From NCBI GenBank assembly GCA_012959275.1, contig DUDM01000055.1:1-63291 (forward strand): a stretch of 63,291 bases of DNA, written 5' to 3'. The position numbers and the translations under genes were made by a program. Below, in pieces: positions 20,442 to 30,600 of the stretch. Within the stretch, counting starts at the first letter, position 1. The number at the start of each line of letters is the position of its first letter. Below the pieces are notes generated by a model. The model searched no databases. It saw only the letters and a list, made by a program, of their open reading frames with translations, and was not told the DNA's origin. This DNA comes from Candidatus Poseidoniales archaeon. GTDB lineage: Archaea > Thermoplasmatota > Poseidoniia > Poseidoniales > Poseidoniaceae.

Positions 20442-21191
20442 TTACTCTTCTTGCTCGAAATCCATTCCAAGTCTCTTTAATGAATCATCTACAGCCTTAA
20501 TCCATGCTTCATCAACTGCATTTTTACCGCCGTTCTCTGCTAGTTTCAAGGCCCATTCATCAGCATTAACCAAATCACCTCTTGCATAGAATATCCGCTG
20601 TAAAGCAAGGTATGCCATCGGATTGAGATGTTCCTTCTCAACATCCCAGGCTCTTTCAAAACAAGATATCGCACCATTAGGCCCATCAATAATTCCTCTC
20701 TGGAGGTTCCTCAAACCAGCCTGTGACCAAGATTGGGGTAACTTTCCAATTAACAATCCTCGGAATACCAAGTAAACTTCAGCCATACATAGGAAAGAAG
20801 CTAACAAAAATGCCGCTATTTGTTCAAATTCAGACAATACGCCCCATTCATTCCACAATAGCCCAATAACGCCAATGCACAGGAGAACCCCCGAAGCAGG
20901 TGCAATCAAAACATCCATTCGAGTATAGGTCATATGGCGCATTCCGATGACAACACCAAGGCCACCTAGGCCAGTATAGGTAATTAGCCAAACCCTATCA
21001 GTTGTTGGACGGGGTGCGGATTCGCTCAATAGACCCAAAAGACCCAACATCAACAATATTATTCCAAAGCGCCGAGATACCTCAGGAAATGGTTGGTTGC
21101 GGCTCATCCCCATTAGGACTAGACCCAAAACACAGGCTAAGACAGCATGCTCCATTCCCATTAAACCAAGGGTAGAGGATTTTGGTTTCAA
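20442..21191 (-). CDS. Hypothetical membrane protein (about 5 TM) with C-terminal TPR-like hairpin
   Basis: Multiple TM segments; AISCFERAWDVEKEHLNPMAYLALQRIFYARGD is TPR-like. Confidence 0.65.
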   Translation of the reverse strand: MKPKSSTLGLMGMEHAVLACVLGLVLMGMSRNQPFPEVSRRFGIILLMLGLLGLLSESAPRPTTDRVWLITYTGLGGLGVVIGMRHMTYTRMDVLIAPASGVLLCIGVIGLLWNEWGVLSEFEQIAAFLLASFLCMAEVYLVFRGLLIGKLPQSWSQAGLRNLQRGIIDGPNGAISCFERAWDVEKEHLNPMAYLALQRIFYARGDLVNADEWALKLAENGGKNAVDEAWIKAVDDSLKRLGMDFEQEE

Positions 21192-21197
21192 GGCTAC

Positions 21198-21638
21198 CTA
21201 TTCCCTTTCCTGACGGTGATAGGGACTACCTCGATTAATTTCTGAAGCCCTATACAATTGCTCCATTAATACTGCTGCTGCTAATTCATGTGGCATTGTC
21301 ATTTTCGAAAGTGAAAGAAGGGAGGTGGAATTCTGCCTCATTGCTTCACTGAAGCCGTCTGCAGATGCAACAGCAAATTCAAGGTCGCTGGAAGCAAGAG
21401 AAACTTCTGCAATTAATTTTGAAAATTCTATACTATTCATTGAAATTCCAGATTCATCCAGCAAAATCAAATTACCGTTCAGATTGAGTAGCCTGCCCTC
21501 AAAATCATCACTCGATTTATCCTCATGGCACAATAATTTCACTCCGCGACCAGATAATCTCCTTGCAAACTCCTCGATTACCATTCTTAGAGCCTTGTCT
21601 TTAGGACGGCCGTGGAGATGAACGGTTATGCGAGCCAT
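21198..21638 (-). CDS. rlmH: 23S rRNA m3Psi1915 methyltransferase RlmH (SPOUT)
   Basis: ILLDESG, FAVASADGF, LSLSKMTMPHELAAAVLMEQLYRASEINRGSPYHR is the RlmH C-terminal signature. Confidence 0.92.
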   Translation of the reverse strand: MARITVHLHGRPKDKALRMVIEEFARRLSGRGVKLLCHEDKSSDDFEGRLLNLNGNLILLDESGISMNSIEFSKLIAEVSLASSDLEFAVASADGFSEAMRQNSTSLLSLSKMTMPHELAAAVLMEQLYRASEINRGSPYHRQERE

Positions 21639-21714
21639 GCCTACGGGTTGGGGTTGTAGCCTTCAAATTGCGCAAAGAATCAAGGGCATCCCTCACCAAG
21701 GACTTGTGAGCAAC

Positions 21715-22041
21715 ATGGGATGGTGGCCGTTTTCGAGTAAGGCATCTAAAGATGCGGGTGATAACCTCCACATCAAAGGAACAAAGGTTTGGCTTGATGA
21801 TTTACGTGAGATATGTGAAACACATTATGACAAACCAGAGGCTGGAAGGATGAGAATTAGAGAAATGGCGATTGAATGGACTGATGCACATTCAAAATCT
21901 GAGTTAGATGACACCTTGTTTGAGGGTTTGGAAAGACGCGCCTTTCAACTAACTAGAGCCTCAGATAAAGAATGGATCAAGTGGCTGGATGATGATGAAT
22001 TTTGGAAACCAGGGTGGAGATTAGTAGATAATTCTGATTAA
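21715..22041 (+). CDS. Hypothetical protein (Trp-rich, MGWWPF start)
   Basis: Clean ORF from ATG 21715 with protein-like composition; 21628 start overlaps rlmH. Confidence 0.6.
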   Translation: MGWWPFSSKASKDAGDNLHIKGTKVWLDDLREICETHYDKPEAGRMRIREMAIEWTDAHSKSELDDTLFEGLERRAFQLTRASDKEWIKWLDDDEFWKPGWRLVDNSD

Positions 22042-22075
22042 AACCTGAAGAAGGGGAGTCCTCCGGCCTCAACAC

Positions 22076-22771
22076 ATGGGAAACAAACCCGAGTTATTCA
22101 TCCTCCATACTTGCCCTTTTTCATGGAAATTGAGAAGCCTCTTGCAACATATTGGATTAGACTATGAAGAAGTTCAAGTCAACCCGTTGAGAATAAAGAA
22201 GCAATTGGCCTTCTCAGATGGTTGGAATAAAGTCCCAGTTTGGAGAGATACCGACGGTACAGTTTTGGTTGATTCCACTCCAATGATGAAGGAATTGGAT
22301 GCCAAATATAATTCGGGGAAGTTGATGAAAAGTGGTGATGAGGCTCGACGCGATGAGTGGTTAGAATGGGTAGATGAACATTTCAAAAGAGCAACAATTC
22401 CCATTTTATACGGTGGATTATTCTCGGCTTTGAAAACCACGACTAGAGTTTCAAAGTTGGAGAAATTTGGCTTTTTCTCCAAGAGAATGTACGCATGGGC
22501 TGGTTTTCCAATAATGTGGGGAATTATTGCACGAAGTCGAGTGAAGAAGGATGGACGCAAACCAAAACAATTGTGGCATGACCTTCTTAATGAATGGTGC
22601 GAAGAAATTGGAGCGGTAGATTTCTTTGGAGGAAATTCTCCAAATATGGTAGATATTGCAGCATTTGGATATATGCGTTCAATTTCACCATTCTCTCAAT
22701 TCTCTCAATTACAAGACCATGAAAAGGGAATGGCTTGGTATAACAGAGTTGAAGCAACTCTGAAAGTTTGA
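22076..22771 (+). CDS. Glutathione S-transferase family protein, prostaglandin E synthase 2-like
   Basis: TCPFSWKLRSLL, EVQVNP, KVPV, VDSTPM, FFGGNSPNMVDIAAFG. Confidence 0.8.
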   Translation: MGNKPELFILHTCPFSWKLRSLLQHIGLDYEEVQVNPLRIKKQLAFSDGWNKVPVWRDTDGTVLVDSTPMMKELDAKYNSGKLMKSGDEARRDEWLEWVDEHFKRATIPILYGGLFSALKTTTRVSKLEKFGFFSKRMYAWAGFPIMWGIIARSRVKKDGRKPKQLWHDLLNEWCEEIGAVDFFGGNSPNMVDIAAFGYMRSISPFSQFSQLQDHEKGMAWYNRVEATLKV

Positions 22772-22820
22772 GACGGGGTGGATAATTCTGCTTGATACCG
22801 AAATCCCTTTCGGTCTACCA

Positions 22821-23657
22821 ATGACTGTCATACCCCCAGGGCATGTTTTGATTGGTACAAATAAAGGGGGCTTAGTGCATGGTTCTGAGAGGCCGCGCTA
22901 CGAAGCAAGTATTCCAGAATTCATGATAATGTATTCATTTTTAACAGTGAAGCAATTCAATCAAATTGTCGAGGAAGAAGGTGGAGAAAACTCGCCGATT
23001 GAAAAACTGAATTGGGAAGATGTGGAAAAAATTCTCAAAGTAATATCTACAGAACTTCCAACAGGCTTTGAAGTTCGCCTCCCAAGTGAAGCCGAATGGA
23101 TGAGGGCAAAACAACACCTTGGGTTTGAATTACCTCTAGCATGTGAAGAGATGCTGTGGGATCATCCTTCAAACAATAACCGCGGGGCTCCAATCGATGG
23201 ACGACCAAGGTTAGATGAAAGGGTTGGAAGTTTGATGAAACGCTATCGTGCATCAATAAAATCTCACCCTACAAAAAAAGGTTTGACTTTTCGCTCACAA
23301 ACCCCTATTTTTTCCCCTCAAGCGGATACTTTCATTCGCCTTGTCATCCGGAAAACAGATTCTAGTGAAGCGGTTAGAGTGCCGGAAGAAGCCGATTTGA
23401 AAGCAATCTTCAAACAAGAAGTTCTAATTGCGATAATGATTGGAATAGTTCCTTCATTCTTGATCCCTATCTTCAGAGGCTTCTCAGATTATGTTTTGGA
23501 TGGTTGGGCGAATCTGATTTTTGGAGGCCTATGTATTTCATTTGCCAGCGCCGCAATTTGGAGACCAAGAAGACCAACTTGGTATCTTGATGATGATGGA
23601 AAATCCTTGACTGCAAGAAAAAATAGTCTTCAATCATCAGAGGGTATTGTTGACTAA
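22821..23657 (+). CDS. Partial FGE/SUMF1-like domain with two C-terminal TM helices
   Basis: IPPGHVLIG...ERP...FMIM..LTVKQF and RLPSEAEW motifs; lacks the GNVWEW segment; TM pair near C-terminus. Confidence 0.6.
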   Translation: MTVIPPGHVLIGTNKGGLVHGSERPRYEASIPEFMIMYSFLTVKQFNQIVEEEGGENSPIEKLNWEDVEKILKVISTELPTGFEVRLPSEAEWMRAKQHLGFELPLACEEMLWDHPSNNNRGAPIDGRPRLDERVGSLMKRYRASIKSHPTKKGLTFRSQTPIFSPQADTFIRLVIRKTDSSEAVRVPEEADLKAIFKQEVLIAIMIGIVPSFLIPIFRGFSDYVLDGWANLIFGGLCISFASAAIWRPRRPTWYLDDDGKSLTARKNSLQSSEGIVD

Positions 23658-25942
23658 TAAGATTCTTTTCTCAGTACATCCATCACACAAATGGCTGACA
23701 TGTTGACAATATGGCGTACACCATCACTGCGTGCTACTACTTGGACAGGTTTGTTCATGCCAGAAAGAATTGGTCCAGTCATTTCAGCTTCTCCTAACTG
23801 CTCAAGTAATTTGTAGGCAATATTCGCCGAGGCAAGGTTTGGGCAAATCAAAACATTGGCAGGGCCATCAAATTCCATGAATGGATATTCAATTTGCACC
23901 AATGGGTCTAGTGCTGTATCTACCTGCATAGGCCCATCAATGACTAATTTTGGGTCAAGTTCCTTCGCCATCGCAATCGCATCTTCAATTCGGCCTGTTC
24001 GCTGGGCCTTACTACTTCCAAAGTTTGAAAATGATAACATTGCAACTTTCGGTTCAACCCCAAAACGACGAGCGACCTTTGCTGTTTGGACTGCGATTTC
24101 AGCCAAAGTTCTACTATCGGGATAAACATTTACTGTTGCATCAGCCAAGAAGATAACTCTGCCTTTGACTGTCATCATGTAACAGCCGATAATGCAGTGA
24201 GCGTTACCATCTGCACCAATTACCTCGATTGCAGGCTTCAATACATCTGGATATGCGCGTGTAACTCCACCTACTACTCCATCGGCTTCACCACTGCTAA
24301 CCATTTGTGATGCAAAGTATGGGCGGCTTTTGAGTAGACGTTCAGCATCACTGAAAGACAACCCCTTTCGGTGCCTCTTATCGAACATGGCCTGAGCATA
24401 AATTTCAGTTCTACGCGGGTCATATCTTGGATTGATAATTGTACAATCAAAATCCAGATCTAAGCGATTCAACTTATCTTTAATCTCTTCAATATTTCCA
24501 AGTAAAATTGGATGACAAATTTTTTCCAAAACCAATTCCGAGGCTGCCCTCAAGACCTTTTCATTATCCCCTTCGGGGAATACCAAGCGCTTTCCTTTTC
24601 CTTTTACTTGGTTAATGACAGTACGCATTACACTCCTTGTTAATCCTAATCTTGCCTCTAACTCCTCTCGGTATTCTTGATGGTCATAATCCTCAATTGA
24701 AAGTTTGGCTATTCCTTCTTCAACGGCTGCTTTGGCAACTGCACTCGCCTCCCAAATTAGGACCCTCCTATCGAATGGCTTAGGAATAATATACTCTGGA
24801 CCATATTGCAAATGCTCTCCTCCATATGCATGAATAACATCATCTGGAACTGGTTCTTTTGCCAAATCTGCGATTGCTCTTGTCGCTGCCATTTTCATGG
24901 CTGGTGTGATATCTCTTGCTAAGACATCTAATGCTCCTCTGAAAATATATGGGAAGCCAAGGACATTGTTGACTTGGTTGGGAAAATCTGAACGCCCAGT
25001 TGCAACAATGGCATCAGGTTTAACCGACTTTGCAAGTTCAGGCATTATTTCTGGAGTCGGATTTGCCAAGGCGAAGATAATAGGTTTTTCACCCATTTGT
25101 TCTATCATTTCTTTACTAACGATTCCGCCTTTTGAAAGTCCAAGAAATAAGTCTGCACCCTTCAAGGCTGAAGCCAAATCTCCCTCTTCAATATCTCTTG
25201 CGAATTTAGCTTTGTATTCATTTAATTCGCCAGCATTTAGACGCTTAGTTGTCATAATTCCTTGAGAGTCACACATGATGATATTGTCTAAGTTAATTCC
25301 TAGTTTGACGTAGTGTGTTGCACAGGCGATGGCACTTGCACCCGCTCCTGCGATGACGACTTTGATATCTGCTAATTCTTTTCCTTGAATCTCTGCAGCA
25401 TTTAGCAGTGCAGCACCTGTGATTATTGCGGTTCCATGTTGGTCATCATGCATTACGGGGATATCTGTTCCTTCTGCGATTCTTCGCTCAATTTCAAAAC
25501 ATTCTGGTGCCTTAATATCTTCAAGATTTATTGCCCCAAATGTGGGTGCAATCGCACAAACGATTTCAATGAATTTTTCAGGGTCTTCTTCATCGACCTC
25601 AATATCAAAAACATCAATCCCAGCAAAAGTCTTCAACAACAATCCCTTACCTTCCATAACAGGTTTAGATGCCAATGCCCCAATATTTCCTAAACCAAGT
25701 ACTGCTGTACCATTACTGATTACTGCGACAAGATTTCCTTTGGCGGTATATCGGTATGCATCATCAGGGTTATTCTCAATTTCTAAACAAGGATATGCCA
25801 CCCCTGGGGAGTATGCTAATGACAATTCCTGCGCAGTTGAGTGAGGCTTTGTTGGCTCGACGCTAATCTTTCCTCTTGGCTCCATCTCGTGATAGTCCAG
25901 AGCATCTTGTTTCATCCGCTTATCAGAGGAATTCATAGCCAT
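23654..25942 (-). CDS. maeB: NADP-dependent malic enzyme with C-terminal PTA-like domain
   Basis: LAYSPGVAYPC, SNGTAVLGLG, KPVMEGK, NLEDIKAPECF, HDDQHGTA, ATGRSDFPNQVNN; PTA part VFPEGD, AMLSFSNFGS; exact start uncertain. Confidence 0.96.
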   Translation of the reverse strand: MAMNSSDKRMKQDALDYHEMEPRGKISVEPTKPHSTAQELSLAYSPGVAYPCLEIENNPDDAYRYTAKGNLVAVISNGTAVLGLGNIGALASKPVMEGKGLLLKTFAGIDVFDIEVDEEDPEKFIEIVCAIAPTFGAINLEDIKAPECFEIERRIAEGTDIPVMHDDQHGTAIITGAALLNAAEIQGKELADIKVVIAGAGASAIACATHYVKLGINLDNIIMCDSQGIMTTKRLNAGELNEYKAKFARDIEEGDLASALKGADLFLGLSKGGIVSKEMIEQMGEKPIIFALANPTPEIMPELAKSVKPDAIVATGRSDFPNQVNNVLGFPYIFRGALDVLARDITPAMKMAATRAIADLAKEPVPDDVIHAYGGEHLQYGPEYIIPKPFDRRVLIWEASAVAKAAVEEGIAKLSIEDYDHQEYREELEARLGLTRSVMRTVINQVKGKGKRLVFPEGDNEKVLRAASELVLEKICHPILLGNIEEIKDKLNRLDLDFDCTIINPRYDPRRTEIYAQAMFDKRHRKGLSFSDAERLLKSRPYFASQMVSSGEADGVVGGVTRAYPDVLKPAIEVIGADGNAHCIIGCYMMTVKGRVIFLADATVNVYPDSRTLAEIAVQTAKVARRFGVEPKVAMLSFSNFGSSKAQRTGRIEDAIAMAKELDPKLVIDGPMQVDTALDPLVQIEYPFMEFDGPANVLICPNLASANIAYKLLEQLGEAEMTGPILSGMNKPVQVVARSDGVRHIVNMSAICVMDVLRKESY

Positions 25943-26076
25943 CCAATCTTTTCGGGCATGGCTCGACTTCAATTGGTTTTCCTCTTGCGTTCACAAATAT
26001 TTGATAATAATGGATGGTTCAAAGAGTGCGAAAGCCTCAAGCAACCTTTGATGATGTACAACGCTTAGGCCAAGTT

Positions 26077-27534
26077 ATGGCACGCGCCCGCATCATCGGT
26101 ACAATTGGCCCCGCAAGTGATAGCCCTGAAATATTAGTTAGGCTGATGAAAGAAGGATTGGATATTACGAGGCTAAACTATAGCCATGGCAACCTTGAAG
26201 GGAAAACTAAATTGATTGCAAAGGTTAGAGCTGCTGAAAAAGAAGTCGGGAAATATATCGGAATTCTTGCAGACCTACCCGGCCCAAAACTTCGACTTGG
26301 CCGCTTCCCCGGTTCTGTTCAATTAAAAAGGGGACAAGAAATCACCCTTAATTGTGGAGTAGAAGAAGCCGAAGAAGTATGCTTTGGAGATGATGTCATT
26401 TTACCCGTTGCATATGATGGACTTTCTCTAAATTTAAGATTAGATGACCCTATCTTATTAGCGGATGGATTAGTTCGTCTGAAAGTTATCGATGCCCCGC
26501 ATGAATCAGCCGCAAAGGTACGCTGTGAAGTTATCGATGCTGGGCCATTATCAGCGAGAAAAGGTATCAATGTTCCAGCCACTATCGTAGACTTACCATC
26601 GGTTGGAGAGAAAGATAAGGAAGCGATTGCCCATGCTTTGGCTCATAATGTTGATTTCATCGCGGTCTCATATGTCAGAACTGCTGCGGATCTCAAGCCT
26701 GCCCGAGATGCTGTTATTGCATCGGGAGTCCATACCCCCTTGATAGCAAAAATAGAGCACCCTGCTGCACTGGAAGATTTGGAAGCGATTGTTGAGGCTG
26801 CAGATATTTTGATGGTTGCACGTGGAGACCTTGGGGTGGAAATCCCTCTCGAACGCGTTCCTGCTGCTCAAGAAAGAATTATTGCTGCAGGCCTTGCTAG
26901 AGGAAAACCAGTAATTGTTGCAACCCAAATGCTTGAATCGATGTGTGATAATCCACGTCCAACAAGAGCAGAAGTAAGCGATGTTGCAACTGCAATTCGC
27001 CAAGGTGCAAGTGGCATCATGCTTTCAGGAGAAACTGCAAGTGGTGACCACCCCCTCGCAGCAGTTGAAACAATGGCTAAAATTGCAAATGCAATGGATG
27101 AAGAAATCAAGGACCTCGGTGAACTTCCTGCTCTTGCAAAATTCACTTCAACAAGGGCGGTTTCAACTGCTGCTATTTCCTTAGCAGATGGTATGGATGC
27201 AGACCATTTATTGATAGCAACTGAACATGGCACTGCGCCTCGATTAACTGCTGCAATGCGCCCCCCTCAAACAATTTTTGCATTGACAAATAGGCTGCGC
27301 GCTTGTAGGAGAGTAACTATCCTACCAGGTGTAATTGGAGTACATGTCGAAGAGCAAGATGATGCTATGGAAACTTTAGAATCAGCTGCAAAAACTTTAG
27401 CTTCCAAGGGGCTCATCCTAAGCGGCCAAAAAGCCGTAGCAGTCACTGGCTCACCTCTAGCGATGAGTGGGCGGACTAGCACCATTCGTATTTTGATGAT
27501 TGGTGAAGGCGGCACATTAAATGACCTTGAGTAA
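26077..27534 (+). CDS. pyk: Pyruvate kinase
   Basis: IIGTIGPAS, RLNYSHG, DLPGPKLR, KGINVP, IAKIE, MVARGDLGVE, ATQMLESM, PTRAEVSDVA, MLSGETA; ATG 26077. Confidence 0.97.
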   Translation: MARARIIGTIGPASDSPEILVRLMKEGLDITRLNYSHGNLEGKTKLIAKVRAAEKEVGKYIGILADLPGPKLRLGRFPGSVQLKRGQEITLNCGVEEAEEVCFGDDVILPVAYDGLSLNLRLDDPILLADGLVRLKVIDAPHESAAKVRCEVIDAGPLSARKGINVPATIVDLPSVGEKDKEAIAHALAHNVDFIAVSYVRTAADLKPARDAVIASGVHTPLIAKIEHPAALEDLEAIVEAADILMVARGDLGVEIPLERVPAAQERIIAAGLARGKPVIVATQMLESMCDNPRPTRAEVSDVATAIRQGASGIMLSGETASGDHPLAAVETMAKIANAMDEEIKDLGELPALAKFTSTRAVSTAAISLADGMDADHLLIATEHGTAPRLTAAMRPPQTIFALTNRLRACRRVTILPGVIGVHVEEQDDAMETLESAAKTLASKGLILSGQKAVAVTGSPLAMSGRTSTIRILMIGEGGTLNDLE

Positions 27535-27538
27535 GAAT

Positions 27539-27557
27539 GCCATACCTATGGTATGGC
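27539..27557. promoter_or_regulatory. Perfect 8-bp inverted repeat GCCATACC-TAT-GGTATGGC (terminator or operator)
   Basis: Seen directly, 4 nt after the pyk stop and about 30 nt upstream of the TATA-like box of the next gene. Confidence 0.5.
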
Positions 27558-27587
27558 GATTATAATGTTGTCACATCTAAGCATTTG

Positions 27588-27597
27588 TTTCATATAG
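27588..27597 (+). promoter_or_regulatory. Putative TATA box; spacing suggests a leaderless transcript starting near ATG 27620
   Basis: TTTCATATAG about 25-30 nt upstream of the ATG, the usual archaeal spacing. Confidence 0.45.
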
Positions 27598-27619
27598 TGT
27601 TGAACAACCGATTCAAAAT

Positions 27620-30600
27620 ATGTCTCCGCTTAAAAGCAAGATGAACAACCGCTCAAAAAGTCTGTTTTTGGCAGCCTTGATGGTGATGTTCTCATTTTCT
27701 CCAATATTGACTTCCCCATTTGTCTCCGCCGAAGAGGCTGGAAGATTTGCCAGTTGGCCATTAACGGGCTCAAATGATACTGGCTGGGTCCAACTCGATG
27801 CAACTGGTGCAGATCCAATGACAGGAACTGGAGCATATGTTGACTTTGAATTGCAATTGCCCCCTGGTGCAGAAGTATCCAATGTCAGCGTGGGGCTCAT
27901 GGCTGATGGGGCAAATGGAATTTCAATTGATGAACCGATGATGCACAGCATATACAGCAGTGACGTACTCTTTGATTGGAGTGGCTACGGGTCCTTGGGA
28001 ACTGCTGATTCATTTTCTGGAAATAACCCTCATATCTCAAGAATGGCTCCATTCAGCGATAATGGAGCGGGCTGGCTCCTCCCTACGGGTGCACAAGTTG
28101 ATGATTTAGTGATTGAAGCATTAGCCCCTGTTGATCCAATCGTTTCATTCACACCTTATTCTTTGGAAATAATGGCTACTGCTATCCACCCAGAAGATGG
28201 TAGAATGTACATGGCAATTGGAGACTCGTTATTATTACTCGATGCCAATTCCGACCCTCTTGTTATTGACTTACTGGAATTCCCTGCTGCAGATGAAATA
28301 TTCGACCTCGATGTAGATGTGAGCAATGATAGATTACTAATTACTACAAGAGATGATGGCATTCATGCGGTCTCCTTGACTGATGGAAGTGACGTGGGCG
28401 CACTTCCTCAAAGCCCAGTTCCAGATGATTGGATGGCCCAAATATTTTCAAATGGAAGTGATTTATTTGCTGCCAGTGAAGAAGGAATTTTTTCAATCAA
28501 CAGTGCTGGTTCTGGCTGGACAATGGAAAGAGCATCTGGAACCACTGATTGGCCAACAGGTGAACCTACTGACATTTATGAAATTGGAGGAGTGCTCTAT
28601 GTTTCAATTTGGGGAGGGGGAATTGCACGCTGGGACATGGTAAACAACCAGCCTCTTTCAGTTTGGAATACTGCAAATAATCTGCAGAGCGATGAGATTC
28701 ACGACATTCATGACACTGGTAGTCAACTTCTATTCTCTTCATATGATGAAGGGATTTCCCGCTATAATCATCAAGGTGACTTCTGGCAATCAACTTGGTC
28801 TGATTCCAACTGGATTTCTTCCAATCAGGTTGTTGGTAGTGCACAATCTGGAAACACTCTGGGTGTATTAGCAGGTGATAATCTACACATGTATGATACA
28901 ACTGTCGGCTCATTTACTACAACCTACTCACTCAACAGTCTTGGCCTAGTTAGAGAGGGGATGAACTTAGCATTGTGGCCAGCAGGTGGCTCTCGAGCAC
29001 CCGCTACTGACCAGATTCTAGTCAGCGATGGCAGTGGAAGATTAGTTGTCATGGAACCTACAAGTTCACCACTTCAACAATCTGATATCGTCATCGCAAG
29101 CGGCCCAAGTGGTCTTTCAATGCATGATGTTCTTCAAGAAGGAAACATTGTTTGGATAGCAGTTGACGAATATATCGATAGATTCGATATCGGTGCACAA
29201 GAATGGCTTCAGCCGTTGGACCTTGGCTCTGAGGCTTCCGCGCTAACAAGTGATGGGAGTAGCATTTTCGTTGCAACTGAAGATAGGGGTGTGGTGCAGA
29301 TTAACCTGACCTCCGCTATGATAGTTTCAGAATGGAATACTAGTTCTGGACTGAATGCTGATATTGCAACCTCACTTTCAACCGATGGTAATTGGTTAGT
29401 TATTGGCCACCCCAACCAAGGAGTGTCAATCCTCGATTTGCAATCTGGTTCAGTTGATCAAACTTGGTCAAATTCCAATGGACTGGACACAAATCGAATT
29501 AATGATGTTGCAATTCTCGATGAGATTGCCTACCTTGCTCAAGATGAAGGAGGTATTTCAAGAATTGATATTGTCAATCAAACTGAATTATCTCCTTGGC
29601 GCTCAACTGGAGTTGACCAAGTCCAAGAGGCCCCAATCGTCGTAACAGGAAACATCCTTTACATGGGCTTGTATGGTTATGGAGTCATCAGGAAGAACCT
29701 TCAGACCGGACAATTCCTTGAGACCTGGGGTAGCAGGCAATTACCAAGCCTCAATATCTTTGCTTTGGATGTAGATTCTAGTGGACACATATGGATTGGC
29801 ACCCAAGGAGGAGCAAGAGTGTGGGATGGCCAACATATGAACAATGTTAATTCAGGAAATGGCTGGACACGTCCTACTCAGTTCTTCGACTTTGATAATG
29901 CAAATGGTGTATCATATGCTGCAACTAATGCTGGAATCTGTAAGTTTTCAACAACGTCATATTCACTAGATGAATGTTGGGAAGATGATGATGGCCTGCC
30001 CTCAAATTGGATGAAAGAAGTCAAATTAGATGGAAATAACTTGTTTGCTGGTTCTTGGTATGGTGCCGCATTAATCGACCTAACTACCGAAGAGGTAGTC
30101 CAATCATGGGAGGCAGGAGAACAAACTGGTAATGCAGTCACTGAAATCATTGGAGATATCGCCTACGTTGGGTTATACAATATGGGAGTTGCAAGATTCA
30201 ATTTAACCACCTCTGAATGGTTGCCAATGTGGGTAGATGGCTCGGGTGGATTACTAGATACAGACCAGATAACATCTATCGCTGCTGATACCAATCCAAA
30301 CCGTATTTGGGTAGGTGGTTCTGATGGTTTCCAATGTCTTGATTGGGTAAATGGAACCGAAGAAATTGATATTGAAAAGAGTTCTAGTATATTCACAGGA
30401 AATGGCGACCCAGTTGAGATTATTATCGACAATGGCATTCTCCACTATATTCCAACTTACTATAGCGGAGATAACGTTCACAGAATTGATATCACAACCC
30501 TGACAAAATTGAGCAGCCTAGATGCTGGTCAACAAGCGGGAATTAATGGCTACATACATGGATTTGGAATTGTTGATGGAAACTTGGCAATAGGTGTTGG

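Noticed and set aside
27601-27659. Near-direct repeat TGAACAACCG-(A/-)TTCAAAA spanning the giant gene start
   Set aside because: Only two short copies, one inside the coding sequence; no clear function and may be chance or a small local duplication
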